This document shows positions 61,343 to 64,000 of a stretch of DNA of 64,000 nt, one piece after another. The notes under the pieces were generated by a model. It was not told the DNA's origin. It ran no database searches and saw only the letters and a program-made list of their open reading frames with translations. The first letter of the stretch is position 1. Every line of letters starts with the position of its first letter. The position numbers and the translations under genes were made by a program. Origin of the DNA: Octopus sinensis (lineage: Eukaryota); the NCBI RefSeq assembly GCF_006345805.1, contig NC_043001.1, positions 75,888,001-75,952,000 of the forward strand, written 5' to 3'.

Positions 61343-62714
61343 AAATGTTACATAATATATACTTCGTTGCTTCATTGCTATTCTGAAATATTGCTTCAAA
61401 CCATTGTATGGAAATTGTTCCAAATTTGGTATTTTGAACTCTAGTACCGCAGTATCCTCATCTGAGTTTTTGGCAATAAATATCTTTAAATATCTTTTGC
61501 AATAAATATCTTTAGTACTATGTTTTTACGGTGACTGTGTAAAGTTAATGACTGTCTTGAGTTCTATACTTATAGGAGGACGACAGAAGTAGCCAAAGTC
61601 AGTTCAATTGAACCATATACCTTGAAAGAATTTTGGTTCAATATACAGTCGAATTATATATAACTTCTGTTTACTGAACGAGATTTATCCCCCACCTCTC
61701 TCTTTCTCTTTTCTCTCTCTCTCTCTTTCTCTCTCTCTTTAAAACTTATTCATACGAGGATTAATTATCTTTAAATATGTCCATATTTCATATATTTTGG
61801 AGTTTTTTTTAGTTAGACCAAAATTGAGCGAAGACACCAGAAAGGTATGATGCTGCGGTTTTTGTCTGAGAGAAACTCTCTTCATAAATACAATGTATAC
61901 TTGAACGAGGCGAATATGTACAGCAACATGCTTTTCAACAGTATCATCATATCTTTCAACGCAGTAACTAGTGCAGTAAATTATCTTGTGGTAGCGCTCT
62001 CTTTTCAGTTGGTGATATTGTTTTTATCTTTAATATTGTTGTCGTGGAGAAGGATGCAACATGACACAAGTCCAATCTGAGTTCTTGTTTTGATTTCCAT
62101 TTATAGCCGGGAAGCAGCGTCCTTGACAAAACCCTGAATACATTTCCCTTTCTTAATCCCGCTGGACTCAATAAACAGAAACTACATTGACACTACCACT
62201 GATTCTCCTGAGAATAAAAAACAAAAACTTTTTTTTTCGGTTTATTATAAAGGAACCAGTATCATTGACAATCTTGCTTTTGTTGGCTTCAGACCAACTT
62301 TCATCGTGCAATTTTATTACCAAAGGTATTCAATCGGTGACAAACCAGTCTTTTAGCAATATCTTGGACAATATTACATAAGATCTTTGACTTTTTTTAT
62401 GAGGTTTAATTAAGAAAAATTTGTATTTCTCGCACATCGAGTAACCTCGTTGTGGTTTCCTCATTACCTTGTTATGATTAACACAAGAAACACCTCTAGA
62501 AGGTTTCCTTCCGAGATACTGCAGCGACCAAAGTGGATCTAAGTTTGTCGTTTAGAACATGATTGAAATCTCTTTTCTCTCTGAAATTTTTATTAGCTTA
62601 ATGTGAACTAGAATCGTTCGTGAGTCTTAATTTCCACTGCTAACTGCTGATTTGTCACGAGCATTTAATAGGGAGATCTATGTTACAGATATCTTTTCAT
62701 TATCTATTACTCGT

Positions 62715-62880
62715 TTCAGTCATTGGACTACGGCCATGCTGAGGCATCACTTTGGAGGGTTTAGTCGAACAAATTGATCCCAGTGCATAGTTTTCTCTAG
62801 TCAGGTCCCTTTTGCCAAACTACTAAATTATAGGGACGTAATTAAACCAGTATTGGTTATCAAGCGATGGTAGGGTGCAA
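62715..62880 (-). mobile_element. Composite-SINE 3' module
   Basis: tttcagtcattggactacggccatgctg...ttttgccaaactactaaattatagggacgtaa. Confidence 0.7.
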
Positions 62881-63029
62881 ACACACACAATTGTGTGTGT
62901 GTGTGTGGTGTGTGTGTGTGTGTGTGTAAAGGTAAGATCCGAGGATCAAGGTGTAGGAAGTTAGTAAGCTTCAAGCAGTCCGTATACATGGGGTTGCTGT
63001 GTTACTGTGTATGCGAATAAAAATCCAAA

Positions 63030-63305
63030 TTTAGGGAATTGAATTGATCAAATCCAGGCTACACATATTTTATAGCTAGCAGAAATTCGGAAGTATTAAT
63101 TACCCAAACCTTTTCGATCAAGTTTCCTGCGTGGTAACATGGGATCCCCTAACGACTATGCAACCTTCATTTGACTAAGGTGTCTTTGGCCTGATGAGTA
63201 GCTAGCGGAGTACTCCTCGTTTGTGTAATTACTACTTCAGAGGTTCTGCTAGCTATGAAACATATGAAGCCTGCTGGATTGTATCTAGTCACTTCCCTAC
63301 ATTTA
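63030..63305. repeat. Inverted pair of hammerhead units; hammerhead at 63188-63271 (+)
   Basis: ggc CTGATGA GTAGCTAGC...GCTAGCTAT GAAA C atat GAA gcc (U16.1 to A). The inverted arm at 63030-63105 retains GTAgcc. Confidence 0.75.
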
Positions 63306-63800
63306 CTCTTATATAAAATATTTTATGTCTTATGACTTTTATTAAGAATGCGAAATTATTTTAATTTTTACCATTATACGTATGCAGTAAGATTTTCCAA
63401 TCTTTAGGCCATATAGTACGCAGCTTAAATTCATTTACTGCTGTACTGTTCTGACTACGCTCGCGCACTAAGTTTCAATCCACTATGTATAAACATGAAG
63501 CTGTCTTACGCATGTGTTTGCCTCGTGTTTTCCATATATATTACTGCTACATAATTATGCATTCTTTAGCGATCATACTGACGAGCTACAGATACCAAGT
63601 TAATTTATTAAATCATTAATAAAATTGAGTACATGGTTGACTAATTTTTCATTCACTCTAGTGCCTATTAGCAACGTGCCTTAAGAATTGCTTTTTTAGT
63701 GGTTTGAGTTTAACTGCCTTTTTTAGCATGTAAGAAGTCCTCTCTCTCTCCGTGTATGAATCTTTATACACTCTTATATATATATATATATATCTGTGTG

Positions 63801-63843
<43 letters not shown>

Positions 63844-63849
63844 ACAGCG

Positions 63850-64000
63850 GAATTCCACGCAGTTTCTACTTTTACCAAATTCACGGAAAAGTATTGCCCA
63901 GCCTGTAGCTACAGTAGAAAATACTTGCTAAAGATGCAACGCAGTGGGACTGACACAAAACCATGTAATTGAAAAGCTGGCTTTATGGTCACAGAGCCAT
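63850..64000 (-). mobile_element. tRNA-SINE 5' module, cut by the window edge
   Basis: gctacagtagaaaatacttgctaaagatgcaacgcagtgggactga...cacagagccat. Confidence 0.7.

Noticed and set aside
61780-62640. Non-repetitive block with a ~75-codon open stretch on the minus strand
   Set aside because: No recognisable motif or splice context; possibly an old transposon. It needs a database search.

Overview
This is a very AT-rich, repeat-saturated, essentially non-genic eukaryotic window. The SINE families, dense (TA)n/(CA)n/(GATA)n/(AAT)n microsatellites and Penelope-like remnants suggest an octopod cephalopod; that is inference, not a database match. I found no intact protein-coding gene, tRNA, rRNA or CRISPR array. 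Most of the supplied ORFs are microsatellite translations or antisense reads of transposons. Recognisable content: tRNA-derived SINEs, Tc1/mariner and Tigger remnants including one full-length 1280-bp mariner, Helitron-type elements, R4-, RTE-, CR1/L2- and L1/Tx1-type LINE fragments, Penelope-like RT and GIY-YIG fragments, and two near-identical ~1 kb tandem duplications. Two things stand out. (1) A 2.0-kb retroelement (34017-36038) encodes only an ORF1/gag-like protein, has a 15-bp TSD and no RT. It and a diverged second copy (19657-21075) appear to sit at the same position in the same tRNA-SINE head, and both carry a C-x2-C-x4-Y-x4-C knuckle. (2) At least ten type I hammerhead ribozyme motifs lie in short non-coding units that repeatedly form inverted fold-back pairs. 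In one unit (18342-19100) the 5' end and inversion junction map to the predicted self-cleavage site; another (13131-13790) carries a 52-nt intron-like sequence. All alignments and RNA folds were done by eye, and repeat boundaries are approximate unless exact junctions are stated.
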